A stretch of 35,562 bases of DNA. Origin: an uncultured Oscillospiraceae bacterium (GTDB lineage: Bacteria > Bacillota > Clostridia > Christensenellales > CAG-138). The notes under the pieces were generated by a model, which saw only the letters and a list, made by a program, of their open reading frames with translations, had not been told where the DNA came from and made no database searches. The position numbers were made by a program, and so were the translations under genes. This document shows positions 8,285 through 16,812 of this stretch, piece after piece (position 1 is the stretch's first letter; every line of letters begins with the position of its first letter). The stretch spans positions 1,172-36,733 of the forward strand of contig CAZZNN010000002.1 in the NCBI GenBank assembly GCA_964655605.1, given 5' to 3'.

Positions 8285-10042
8285 TTATACCAACCGGTCG
8301 ATTGGCAGTACAATTTTGGCTACCGTGGACATTCCTGGCGTTTGAGCAATGGTAAGCCCGGCGGCTTCGGAAAACAGCAGTTTAAGCCTGTGGTTTACAT
8401 TGCGTATGCCTAGCTGAGTAGATTTCAGCTTGTCCTCAGTGCTTCCGTCCCAACCTAAAAGCCGCTCGATAGACTCCTTATCCTCCGGGCGCAGCGGCGC
8501 GTCGTTTTCCACCTCCAGGCATAACCGGTCGTCCTGCCGATATACCCTTAATGTAAGCATGCCTGTAGGACGATTGGCTATCCCATGCTCGACAGCGTTC
8601 TCCACTACCGGCTGCATAATGAGTCTTGGCACAGGCAGCGGTAAAAGCGTCTCGTCGATCTCTTTTTTCACAGTAAGGCGGGAGCCCATGCGTACTGAGA
8701 TGATATACAGATACGCGTCTACGAAAGCCAATTCCTCGGAAAGATGCGCGGTGGATTTGCCGCCTCGCGCCGTAGCCGCCGCCAGCATGGTGGAAAGCGC
8801 TTCTATCATGCGCGACACATTTACGTTGCCCGCCATACGGGCTTCCCAGTTGATTATCTCCAAGGTATTATTTAAAAAGTGCGGATTTATTTGAGATTGC
8901 AGCGCCTTCATGCGGGCGTCCTGCAATGCGAGCTGCTCATTATAGCTGCGCTCGAACTGCTCCTTCATGCTGGCTGACATACTGTTGAAGCGCCTCACCA
9001 GATAGCGGAACTCACGGCTCTCCGGCATGGTTTCCATTTGGTAGCCGCGCTCGCCATGCTCGATTCTTTCCGCCGCATCAACCATCTGGTTTACCGGACG
9101 TGATACGTATCTATAAAATGCCCAGATAAATAGCGCCAACAGCGGGATAACCAAAAGCGTCATAGGCAGGATCATATTCGTCAGCACCGACAGCCTATCC
9201 GTTAGCGGCGCACTGTCTACCCGCATAACACATGTGAGCACATCATTTTCTAATCGGCTTCTCGACAGCAGCGCCACGGCGCTTTCTTCAAAAGCGTAAT
9301 ATACGCCGTTTGCCTGGCTGGCGCTTTCCGGCGCGGAAGGCTCGCCCACGAGCGGGATAGAAGTTTCGCCTATCTGCACGCTTGCCGCCTCCAGCCATAC
9401 TATGCTCTTAAAGCCGGAAAACAGCACATCGGCGTCTATCTCCATAACTATAGCGGCAAAAGGCGTGAATCTTTCGTCCACAATGTTTCTTAGCATATAC
9501 AGCCTGTCGCCAGTATACAAAAAATTGATTTTAGTTCCGAGCGTCTCCAGTCGTTTGTAACAGATCGCCGCAGCATTTTCCTTAAATCGGCGCACGCTGG
9601 TGTAGCCGTCCTTATTAGCGGTGCTGTTGGTATAGTAAACGGTATCCGGTGCATTAACAAAATACAGCATAGTGCATGAGAACGCATCATTGTAATGATA
9701 TTGCCGCGAAAGATATGTCATCACAGCGTCATACAGCGCAACCTCGTCCCCGTCCGCAATATATTCCGCATACGCATTTTTAACAGCAGGATCATACGAA
9801 GCTGAGCGGGACGCACCCATGGCGCCCAGAAGGCTGGATTCCACCAGTTTGACCGCCGCCGCGGCGCCGGTTGTAACAGTATCGGCTATCTGGGTTCTTA
9901 TTTGGGAGTTGGAGTAGTACCCCACAGTCAGCATAATAACAAGTATCGGGAGCACCCAGCAAGTCAACGCTATGGCAACCAACCCCCATTTCAGGGAAAA
10001 GCCTTTCCCATACCCGCGTTCGTGCTGCTTTTTCGTTCTCAT
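8285..10042 (-). CDS. Sensor histidine kinase, YesM/LytS-type (two TM helices, extracytoplasmic domain, HAMP, His_kinase, HATPase)
   Basis: LQSQINPHFLNNTLEIINWEA is the H-box of the PF06580-type kinases. The TM helices are at about WGLVAIALTCWVLPILVIML and MILPMTLLVIPLLALFIWAF, and an ATPase domain is at the C-terminus. ATG 10042 (MRTKKQHERG) is preceded by AAGGAAAG. Confidence 0.9.
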   Translation of the reverse strand: MRTKKQHERGYGKGFSLKWGLVAIALTCWVLPILVIMLTVGYYSNSQIRTQIADTVTTGAAAAVKLVESSLLGAMGASRSASYDPAVKNAYAEYIADGDEVALYDAVMTYLSRQYHYNDAFSCTMLYFVNAPDTVYYTNSTANKDGYTSVRRFKENAAAICYKRLETLGTKINFLYTGDRLYMLRNIVDERFTPFAAIVMEIDADVLFSGFKSIVWLEAASVQIGETSIPLVGEPSAPESASQANGVYYAFEESAVALLSRSRLENDVLTCVMRVDSAPLTDRLSVLTNMILPMTLLVIPLLALFIWAFYRYVSRPVNQMVDAAERIEHGERGYQMETMPESREFRYLVRRFNSMSASMKEQFERSYNEQLALQDARMKALQSQINPHFLNNTLEIINWEARMAGNVNVSRMIEALSTMLAAATARGGKSTAHLSEELAFVDAYLYIISVRMGSRLTVKKEIDETLLPLPVPRLIMQPVVENAVEHGIANRPTGMLTLRVYRQDDRLCLEVENDAPLRPEDKESIERLLGWDGSTEDKLKSTQLGIRNVNHRLKLLFSEAAGLTIAQTPGMSTVAKIVLPIDRLV

Positions 10043-10070
10043 GCCGCTTTCCTTTCCCAAACTCTAGCGT

Positions 10071-10098
10071 ATCATAAACAATATCTCGCTAACTGCAA
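10071..10098 (-). promoter_or_regulatory. Candidate sigma-A promoter for the kinase-deacetylase-SBP-regulator transcript
   Basis: On the minus strand: TTGCAG (10098-10093), 16-nt spacer, TATGAT (10076-10071). It lies about 30 nt upstream of ATG 10042. Confidence 0.3.
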
Positions 10099-10240
10099 CT
10101 ACATGTTCAGTAGTATAGAGTCGCAGCCTATTTATCTTCATTGAAACATGCCTCTCTTTTTTCGTCAATAGCTCATTTTGTGCAGTTTTGAGCAAGCAGC
10201 GCAATGTGCGCCACTTTGATTTTTCCATATCGATACTACG

Positions 10241-10480
10241 GTGGATACCATCGATTGGCGCGAGGAGCGCAGCGCTGAGACAATACTTGCGTCCGTACTT
10301 CCAAAGCTTACGCCTGGCTCTATAATATTGTCCCACAACAATGGATACAAAATAAAAGAATACCTCCCTGTGCTTTTGGAAAAAGCAATAGCTGACGGTT
10401 ATGAGTTCGTCACCATCAGCGAGTTATTGCTTAGCGGCGAAACGATAATTGATGTGAACGGAATGCAGAAGCCCAAATAG
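10241..10480 (+). pseudogene. 5'-truncated remnant of a CE4 (NodB) polysaccharide deacetylase, PdaB-like C-terminal third
   Basis: VDTIDWRE...GSIILSHNNGY...LPVLLEKAIADGYEFVTISELL matches the C-terminal motifs of CE4 sporulation deacetylases. The catalytic TFDD, HSxxH and RxPY motifs are absent. The frame is closed by TGA at 10217, and the other two upstream frames show no CE4 motifs. The GTG start is probably an artefact. Confidence 0.7.
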
Positions 10481-10628
10481 CGCTAACTCATCAGCTGCTT
10501 CTCTTTCGTGTTTTTAAACGCGGAGGCGTTCGCGCACTTATTATTTGTGATATTCTTATCCATTTGCAACTACTACATCATTTTACGCGTTATAATATAC
10601 AGATAAAATACGAAAGGAAGAATTCGTA

Positions 10629-11948
10629 ATGAAAAAGGTAATTAACCTTACTATATGTTTTGCGCTAGTGTGCTTACTCACCGCATGCGCAAGCACCGGC
10701 ACGGGGACGGACGCGTCCGTTCCTTCCCAAAGCGAAGCTCAGCTGCCAAACCCAATGGTAGGTCAGCAGGACGCGGCCGCTTTTGAGGCGCTCGGCATCA
10801 AGCTAGACGCGCCCGAAAGCGCAGAGAACATCGCGTATTTCATAATAGATAAAACGCTGGCGGAAGTTGATTTCACGCTTGACGGAATCGACTATACCTA
10901 TCGGGCCAGCAAAACAGATAAAGATATTTCAGGCGTTTATGACGCCTTCACTCCCGGCAATACGATCTATATGGTGCGCGACTATGAAAACCTCAGCGCC
11001 GACGTTCAAATTGCCTCCGAAGGCGGCACTCTTGTTACATGGAGCGCGGACAGCGTAAACTACAGCCTATTCGCCAAGCAAAAAGTTGACGAAGCGTCCT
11101 TAAAGGCATGCGTTAAAGCGGTTATGGAGAAAAGCTTTACGGGTGTTGAAGAAGCCGTAACCGACTATGCGGGCTTTTTGACCTTCGATGAAAGCTCAAC
11201 GCTTACAATCGACCTTGACGGCGACGGCCAAAAAGAAACCATAACCGTCCAACTGACAAAGGGACAGGAATACGAGCTAGACAAGCACACCATAACTATT
11301 ACGTCTCAAAGCGGCCAAACCGCCAGCGCCGAGATAAGCATAGCCGACTTTTTCACCGGTTACGCGTGCGATCTGAACAGCGACGGCAAGATTGAGCTTA
11401 TTGTAAGCGGCAATGATGAAACAGATTACAGCGCGACATGGGCATTGCGTTATGTGGACGGCGAGTTGATTTTTGCCGCGCCATGCTATGAAACCGAAGA
11501 CGGCAGCATTGCCCCTTCCGCCGCTGGTCGGGTGATCGATATAGTAAACGGCGAGGCTATCATCGAGAACACGGTGGACGTGCTTGGTACTTGGGGTGGT
11601 ATTACACAGTACCAAATCACCAACGATCCGTTTTCACTCACGCGCGTACCCGGAAGCGTTTGGACGAGAGACCCCGCAGAGCTGGACGCCGAGTTTTGGA
11701 GCTATTGCACCATGGAAACCATAAAGGAGCTGCCGGTAACATTTGATGGTGAAAGCAGCCCCTCCACACTTGAGGCAGGTGTGAAAATAGCCATAACGGA
11801 AAGCGATTATGAATCTTTCGTCGCTTTTCTCACCGAGGACGGGCGCACAGGCCGTATAGCGGTCAAAAGCGACGTTGAAAACTGGGGTTGGCTTATCGAC
11901 GGAATACACGAAAGCGAATATTTTGAAAATATCCCCTACGCAGGATAA
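10629..11948 (+). CDS. Hypothetical lipoprotein with FG-GAP/VCBS-like DxDxDG repeats
   Basis: Lipobox LLTAC. The motifs DLDGDGQKETI and DLNSDGKIELIV are present. RBS is AAAGGAAG. The N-terminal domain resembles the DUF4367-like modules of clostridial lipoproteins; this is recollection only. Confidence 0.75.
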   Translation: MKKVINLTICFALVCLLTACASTGTGTDASVPSQSEAQLPNPMVGQQDAAAFEALGIKLDAPESAENIAYFIIDKTLAEVDFTLDGIDYTYRASKTDKDISGVYDAFTPGNTIYMVRDYENLSADVQIASEGGTLVTWSADSVNYSLFAKQKVDEASLKACVKAVMEKSFTGVEEAVTDYAGFLTFDESSTLTIDLDGDGQKETITVQLTKGQEYELDKHTITITSQSGQTASAEISIADFFTGYACDLNSDGKIELIVSGNDETDYSATWALRYVDGELIFAAPCYETEDGSIAPSAAGRVIDIVNGEAIIENTVDVLGTWGGITQYQITNDPFSLTRVPGSVWTRDPAELDAEFWSYCTMETIKELPVTFDGESSPSTLEAGVKIAITESDYESFVAFLTEDGRTGRIAVKSDVENWGWLIDGIHESEYFENIPYAG

Positions 11949-11993
11949 TTAAAATCAGCAACGCGAGGCAAGAGGGCTCTGTGTTTCGCTCGC

Positions 11994-12022
11994 TTGCCTT
12001 GCGTCGCCATGTATATTATACT
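11994..12022 (+). promoter_or_regulatory. Candidate sigma-A promoter for the SDR gene
   Basis: TTGCCT (11994-11999), 17-nt spacer, TATACT (12017-12022). It lies about 34 nt upstream of ATG 12056. Confidence 0.4.
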
Positions 12023-12055
12023 AGCTTATAACCATTAAGCGCAGAGGACAACATA

Positions 12056-12790
12056 ATGCTAAAAAACGTTTTGATCACCGGAGCTTCGCGCGGGATAGGC
12101 CGCGCCGCATCGCTCTTATTTGCAAAGAACGGGTATACGGTGCTTGTCAACTATTTAAACAATGAATCGAAGGCCACTGAGCTTTGCTGCGAAATAAAGG
12201 CGTTTGGCGGCCACGCGCTCCCGCTCCGCTTTGACGTGTCAAATAAAGAAGCCGCGCATAACGCTATACTGGACGCCACGAATAAAGTGGGCAAAATCCA
12301 CACTCTTATAAACAACGCCGGCATTTCATTCGACGGGCTTTTAACCGATACCTCAGAAAATAATTGGAACCGAATATTTGCCGTCAATGTAAACGGCGCT
12401 TATAACTGCGTAACCGAGCTGCTCCCAGATATGATAGGCAAAAAGCGCGGCTGCATAATCAATGTTTCATCTATTTGGGGGCTAGTCGGCGCATCATGCG
12501 AGGTTGCATATTCAGCTAGCAAAGCCGCCGTTATAGGCTTTACCAAGGCGCTTGCAAAGGAGGTCGGCCCATCGAACGTCCGTGTCAACTGCATAGCGCC
12601 CGGCGTTATCGACACCGATATGAATTCGTGCTATACAATAAGCGATATGGAAGCGCTTAAAAACGAAACTCCCCTCGGACGCATAGGCACGCCTGAGGAC
12701 ATTGCTTCGCTCATGCTGTTTCTCGCGTCAGATTCGGCGTCCTTCATTACCGGGCAGGTCATCAGTTCAAACGGCGGATTTGTTATCTAA
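12056..12790 (+). CDS. SDR-family oxidoreductase, 3-oxoacyl-ACP reductase (FabG)-like
   Basis: Motifs ITGASRGIGRA (TGxxxGxG), NNAG and YSASKAA (YxxxK); 244 aa. Confidence 0.9.
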   Translation: MLKNVLITGASRGIGRAASLLFAKNGYTVLVNYLNNESKATELCCEIKAFGGHALPLRFDVSNKEAAHNAILDATNKVGKIHTLINNAGISFDGLLTDTSENNWNRIFAVNVNGAYNCVTELLPDMIGKKRGCIINVSSIWGLVGASCEVAYSASKAAVIGFTKALAKEVGPSNVRVNCIAPGVIDTDMNSCYTISDMEALKNETPLGRIGTPEDIASLMLFLASDSASFITGQVISSNGGFVI

Positions 12791-13419
12791 ACCGGAAGCT
12801 TGGTTTTCGGGTTTACCGATACAAAAGCGTCATAATCCGCCGCCGCAAAAGCTTCATACAGGCCAACCAAAATTTCGTCCGGATCGAGTTTTGTGTCAAA
12901 GCAGTAATCCATAAAACCCTTGCCGCCCGTTATCGGCATTGGATCGTACCTCTCCCCTTTTATCACTACGCACGCAATCACAGGGAACATATCTGACGGA
13001 TCATCGGTAATACCGCCTGTAAAAGCGGTGCTGAAAAGGCGAATTGTAAGCATTCCCGAATCGTCCTTATCTATATCGCCTATTTGAACGGTTTCTTCGC
13101 TTTCCTTATATGAAACCGTGAATTTCTTGCCCTTGTCATCATTGCTCTCAACAATTATATTGCCGCCTTCAATCGCAGCGTCCGGCGCGCCTAGCGCGTC
13201 GCTTGCGGGTATTAGCGTGAGCTCATCTATCATGCCGGACACTTCATCTGATGCGGTGCTCGGCTTTTCAGCCGGCGCATTTGATTGGCTTGGCGCATTA
13301 TCGGCCGCCAGCTCAGTTGGCGACGCATCAGAAGGCGTTGCCGCGCCAAATACAGCGCCGCACCCCACAGAACAAATAAGCACCGCTAGACACGTGATAC
13401 ATATAAAAGTTCTTTTCAT
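12787..13419 (-). CDS. Hypothetical lipoprotein
   Basis: The internal start MKRTFICITCLAVLICSVGCG at 13419 is preceded by AGGGGGA and carries the lipobox SVGC. The longer track ORF (to 13554) would overlap the ACP-like gene and begins with an Arg-rich, non-protein-like stretch. Confidence 0.75.
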   Translation of the reverse strand: MKRTFICITCLAVLICSVGCGAVFGAATPSDASPTELAADNAPSQSNAPAEKPSTASDEVSGMIDELTLIPASDALGAPDAAIEGGNIIVESNDDKGKKFTVSYKESEETVQIGDIDKDDSGMLTIRLFSTAFTGGITDDPSDMFPVIACVVIKGERYDPMPITGGKGFMDYCFDTKLDPDEILVGLYEAFAAADYDAFVSVNPKTKLPV

Positions 13420-13492
13420 AAATCCCCCTAAAAGAAAACAGCGAAAAGCCATTGCTCTTCGCCGCTTGATATAGCGCACGCGCCACCTATTG

Positions 13493-13711
13493 CTACGCCA
13501 TCTGCGATTCGATCTTTTCAGACAGCTCGCGCACGGTTTTGTAATTAGCCTCATCAGCTACGATTATATCATATTGTTCTTCGATTTCCATTATTATTTC
13601 TTCAAGATCCAATGGATCTAGCGCAAGCTTGCCACCTTCATCTATAAGCTGCTCCGCATTTTTGCCTGTGACATTTTTGATTATATCACAAATCGTATCA
13701 TAACATGTCAT
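13493..13711 (-). CDS. Acyl-carrier-protein-like small protein lacking the phosphopantetheine-attachment serine
   Basis: 72 aa and acidic. It aligns by eye to the ACP helices: KLALDPLDLEEIIMEIEEQYDIIVADEA against the ACP sequence DLGADSLDxVELVMxLEEEFD. The Ser position is Pro (codon CCA, minus strand). GGAGG lies 7 nt upstream of ATG 13711. Confidence 0.7.
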   Translation of the reverse strand: MTCYDTICDIIKNVTGKNAEQLIDEGGKLALDPLDLEEIIMEIEEQYDIIVADEANYKTVRELSEKIESQMA

Positions 13712-13787
13712 CGTGAGACCTCCAATAAATTCAACATAATTCCTTATTATTCATATTTTAGTAAAATACGAATTATCACAATAATTG

Positions 13788-13816
13788 AGTTTAAACGAAT
13801 TTAAAACACTTGTCAA
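13788..13816 (-). promoter_or_regulatory. Near-consensus sigma-A promoter for the ACP-like gene and downstream lipoprotein gene
   Basis: On the minus strand: TTGACA (13816-13811), 17-nt spacer, TAAACT (13793-13788). Confidence 0.5.
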
Positions 13817-13838
13817 GCAATGCGAGGTATACTACAAT
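13810..13838 (+). promoter_or_regulatory. Sigma-A promoter for the ComEC-type MBL gene
   Basis: TTGTCA (13810-13815), 17-nt spacer, TACAAT (13833-13838). It lies about 48 nt upstream of ATG 13887, which has the RBS AGAGGTGA. Confidence 0.5.
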
Positions 13839-13886
13839 ATCTCGTATAGAAAATAATGTATATCAACAATTTGTAGAGGTGATTGC

Positions 13887-14945
13887 ATGGCGACAAAAAA
13901 GAAAACCAAACGGAGCAGAAAAAATGAGAGCGGCAGTTCAAAGCAGGTTTTGCTAATAGCATTTCTCTGCGTATTATTGATTGCCGGCGCATTATACATT
14001 TTTGACCCGGCGCTGTTTAACGAGGTCGTTGCAAAGCCGCTTCAAAGCACCACAGCACTAGCTCCGCAGGCTTCCGCTTCACCCTCGGCGGACGCGACTC
14101 CGCCCGCCTCGTCGCCCATACCGATAAAAAGCGACGGCGCGGATACGGCGCCCGCAGCAGGCGGCGCGTTAACCGCATATATTATAGACGTAAGTCAGGG
14201 CGATTCAATATTGCTCACGTCGCCCAGCGGCAAGACTATGTTAATAGACGCGGGTGAAAGCGATTCCTTCGAGGCTATTGACGACCTTCTTAAATCACAG
14301 GATATAACAAAGCTAGACGTCGTGGTAGCCACTCACCCGCACTCTGATCACATTGGCGGCATGGCGAAGGTGATAAAAGCTTATGAGATAGGCGCATTCT
14401 ATATTTCGCCCAAGGCGCACACGACCAAAACTTATGAAAGAATGCTCGACGCGCTTGAAGAAAAAAACGTCGCCACATATCCGGCCTACGGCGGCGCTGA
14501 TTCTTATATAAAATGGGACGATGATGTAACCGTGCGCATACTTTCACCTATAAAGGGCGAGGACTATGATGATTTGAATGATTTCAGCGTGATATTGTGC
14601 TGCACATACGGCAACACCGGCATAATGCTCACAGGCGATGCGGAGACTCACGCCGAGAGCTTGGCATTAAGCAAGCTGCCGCTCGGGTTATTCAACGCCA
14701 CAGCAATAAAAATGGGGCATCACGGCTCCTCCACCTCATCATCGGAGGCATTTATAAAAGCTGTGTCGCCCGATATTGCTTTGATTTCGGTTGGCGAAGG
14801 AAACGATTACGGTCACCCGCATAAAGAAACCTTGGATTTGCTTGCAAAGTTGAATATTCCATATTACCGCACCGATGAATGCGGCACAATCATTGTTGGC
14901 ATGGATGGCACGGAAACCACAGTTACTAAAAAGCCCGCTACTTGA
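13887..14945 (+). CDS. Membrane-anchored MBL-fold metallo-hydrolase of the ComEC/Rec2 C-terminal-domain type
   Basis: Lys-rich N-tail plus a TM helix (VLLIAFLCVLLIAGALYIF), followed by a Pro/Ala/Ser linker. MBL motifs present: ATHPHSDHIGG (HxHxDH), GDAE, MGHHGS and YGHP. Confidence 0.85.
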   Translation: MATKKKTKRSRKNESGSSKQVLLIAFLCVLLIAGALYIFDPALFNEVVAKPLQSTTALAPQASASPSADATPPASSPIPIKSDGADTAPAAGGALTAYIIDVSQGDSILLTSPSGKTMLIDAGESDSFEAIDDLLKSQDITKLDVVVATHPHSDHIGGMAKVIKAYEIGAFYISPKAHTTKTYERMLDALEEKNVATYPAYGGADSYIKWDDDVTVRILSPIKGEDYDDLNDFSVILCCTYGNTGIMLTGDAETHAESLALSKLPLGLFNATAIKMGHHGSSTSSSEAFIKAVSPDIALISVGEGNDYGHPHKETLDLLAKLNIPYYRTDECGTIIVGMDGTETTVTKKPAT

Positions 14946-16812
14946 TCCTTACGCCAATAATCTTCGCGCTCTCCCCGCTTCCGTCCTGACCGCGCGTGCC
15001 CACTACAAGGAAGTTGTCAAATATTGCCGGCGTTGACTCTATGCGCGAGCCTAAATTCACCTCGCATAGCACAGCGCCGGTTTTTGCGTCGTGCATGCGC
15101 ATTATCCCGTCTCTATCGCACTGTATAAGATACCCTTGATTCATTTCATCGTAAATAACCACAGGCGAACTCCAATAGCCTGCCGTTTGCTCATAACGCC
15201 ACGCCTCCTGCCCCGTTGCCTTATCGTAAGCGATAATCCGCCCGCCAAGCGTTGTTGCGCCATTTACAGAAACAGGAACCAGGGTTTGATTGAATATAAC
15301 CAGATTGCTGATATTGCCCTTGCCAACGTGCGGAGTTGATATGGTGCCCCCGTTTGCCGAGGCCGTCCCCTGCGAAGCGTCCCACTGCACTTGCCAAATC
15401 ACTTCGCCCGTAAGCCCGTTGAGCTTTCTGTGATAGCACTTGCCCATTCCTTCGTCGCTTATTCCGGACTGCTTATCAACTGAATTGGCGGTATACAGAT
15501 AAATTGTGCTATCCGCAAAGCTTTCTTCTATAACCACGCTCGCGTCGCTGTTGTCAAGCACATCAACAACATATTGCGGCTCCAGCGTATTTAGGTCTAT
15601 GCACTGCAAAAGCCCGCCGTTGTCGGTAAAAAAGATAAAATTGCGCCATGCGGCAAGTGATCCCTCTACGCCCCACCATCTTCTATTTTCTCTATCGGCA
15701 TAGCCATCTGCGTCATACTTATATTTTTGCAGTTTTCTTGAGCCCGGATCGATGCTTATTGTGCCGCTCACAGCGTCGAACACCGTGTTTAGCTTAACGG
15801 AGTATAAAAGTCCATTTTCGCCGCCGACTATAAGCGTATCCGTCTTGGCGTCTATAAGTGCAGACGAATCAAAAGCCTGCCACATGCGCGGCGAATATGG
15901 ATCGCGTCCGCCAAAGCGCCACACCTCTTCATTATCTATCAATGATATGGCTCTAAACCACGAGCCCACTATCTCGCCTTCCGTGCTCATTACGCCTTGT
16001 CCTGTATAAAGCATTGGATAACCGCGCGGGTCAAGCGATGCCGTACCCTTTACAACAACGCCAAGATTCAGCTTGTCCCGCGTTTCCTTGCCGGTGGACA
16101 ATTCGTAAAAATAGATATAGCCGTCCATGGCGGGATATATTACTTCCGTAAACCCATCTTTATGCTTAAATTCATCAAACACGCCAAGGGTTTGGCGCAC
16201 CTCGTCGCTCCACTGCACGATAAGCGGCATACCCGTCCAGCCAATGCCTGTCCATACTGTGCTATCCACAGTAAGCGAGCCAACTGCATGATCCCATATA
16301 CGGGTAAGCGCTTTCTCCTCAACTTCCTGCGTGCCATAGACAAAAGAATTCCTATAATTATTGCCGCCGAATGTTATTATTCCTTTTACGGACGTATACG
16401 TGTCATCGCTGCCAAAGGATATGCTTTCCTCGCGACTATATGACGATGTTTCTTCTTTATTGATTTGGAGCTCTCTTGTGTAGCCCAGCGCGGCAAGCGC
16501 CTCGCCAGACGCCTTTTGCACCGTAAGCTCCGGCGAAAGAAGCTGCTTTGGCGTAGGCGACGGAATTGAGTTTGTTTGAGTAGCTACGCCGGCGTCCGTT
16601 TCGCTAACTGCGTTTGTGGACGATGCGGGCGCTTGTGCGCTAACTTTTGCATTATCCCCATTTCCAATTATTTTAAAGAGCAGATATGTCAATCCGCCGA
16701 TAAGCGCCAAAAGCAGAGTCAATAGCATAACTCTGCGAAAAAAAAACTTGCGTTGCCTGATTCTCCTATAGCTTGTGCGCGTTTGTCTTCTCATTTTAGG
16801 TTTCCATATCAA
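14938..16812 (-). CDS. Membrane-anchored PQQ-like (BamB-like) beta-propeller repeat protein
   Basis: N-terminal TM helix (VMLLTLLLALIGGLTYLLF). The long C-terminal region has repeated G/W/Y-rich propeller blades (for example GGRIIAYDKATGQEAWRY and DGIMRMHDAKTGAVLCE). The start is uncertain: either TTG 16812, which overlaps the upstream stop as TTGA, or ATG 16794. Confidence 0.75.
   Translation of the reverse strand: MIWKPKMRRQTRTSYRRIRQRKFFFRRVMLLTLLLALIGGLTYLLFKIIGNGDNAKVSAQAPASSTNAVSETDAGVATQTNSIPSPTPKQLLSPELTVQKASGEALAALGYTRELQINKEETSSYSREESISFGSDDTYTSVKGIITFGGNNYRNSFVYGTQEVEEKALTRIWDHAVGSLTVDSTVWTGIGWTGMPLIVQWSDEVRQTLGVFDEFKHKDGFTEVIYPAMDGYIYFYELSTGKETRDKLNLGVVVKGTASLDPRGYPMLYTGQGVMSTEGEIVGSWFRAISLIDNEEVWRFGGRDPYSPRMWQAFDSSALIDAKTDTLIVGGENGLLYSVKLNTVFDAVSGTISIDPGSRKLQKYKYDADGYADRENRRWWGVEGSLAAWRNFIFFTDNGGLLQCIDLNTLEPQYVVDVLDNSDASVVIEESFADSTIYLYTANSVDKQSGISDEGMGKCYHRKLNGLTGEVIWQVQWDASQGTASANGGTISTPHVGKGNISNLVIFNQTLVPVSVNGATTLGGRIIAYDKATGQEAWRYEQTAGYWSSPVVIYDEMNQGYLIQCDRDGIMRMHDAKTGAVLCEVNLGSRIESTPAIFDNFLVVGTRGQDGSGESAKIIGVRIK

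Noticed and set aside
10064-10350. Minus-strand ORFs of 90 aa (10064-10336) and 61 aa (10165-10350) upstream of the kinase gene
   Set aside because: They overlap the CE4 remnant in antisense and also overlap the kinase promoter region. They have basic, low-complexity sequences and no RBS, so they are probably not genes.
13420-13554. N-terminal extension of the lipoprotein ORF (MRLITKPCASCLKRSNRRWRSNRW...) that would overlap the ACP-like gene
   Set aside because: An internal ATG at 13419 has a strong AGGGGGA RBS and immediately starts a canonical signal peptide and lipobox. The extension is Arg-rich and not protein-like. The same reasoning applies to 27057-27185 for the 26187 lipoprotein ORF.
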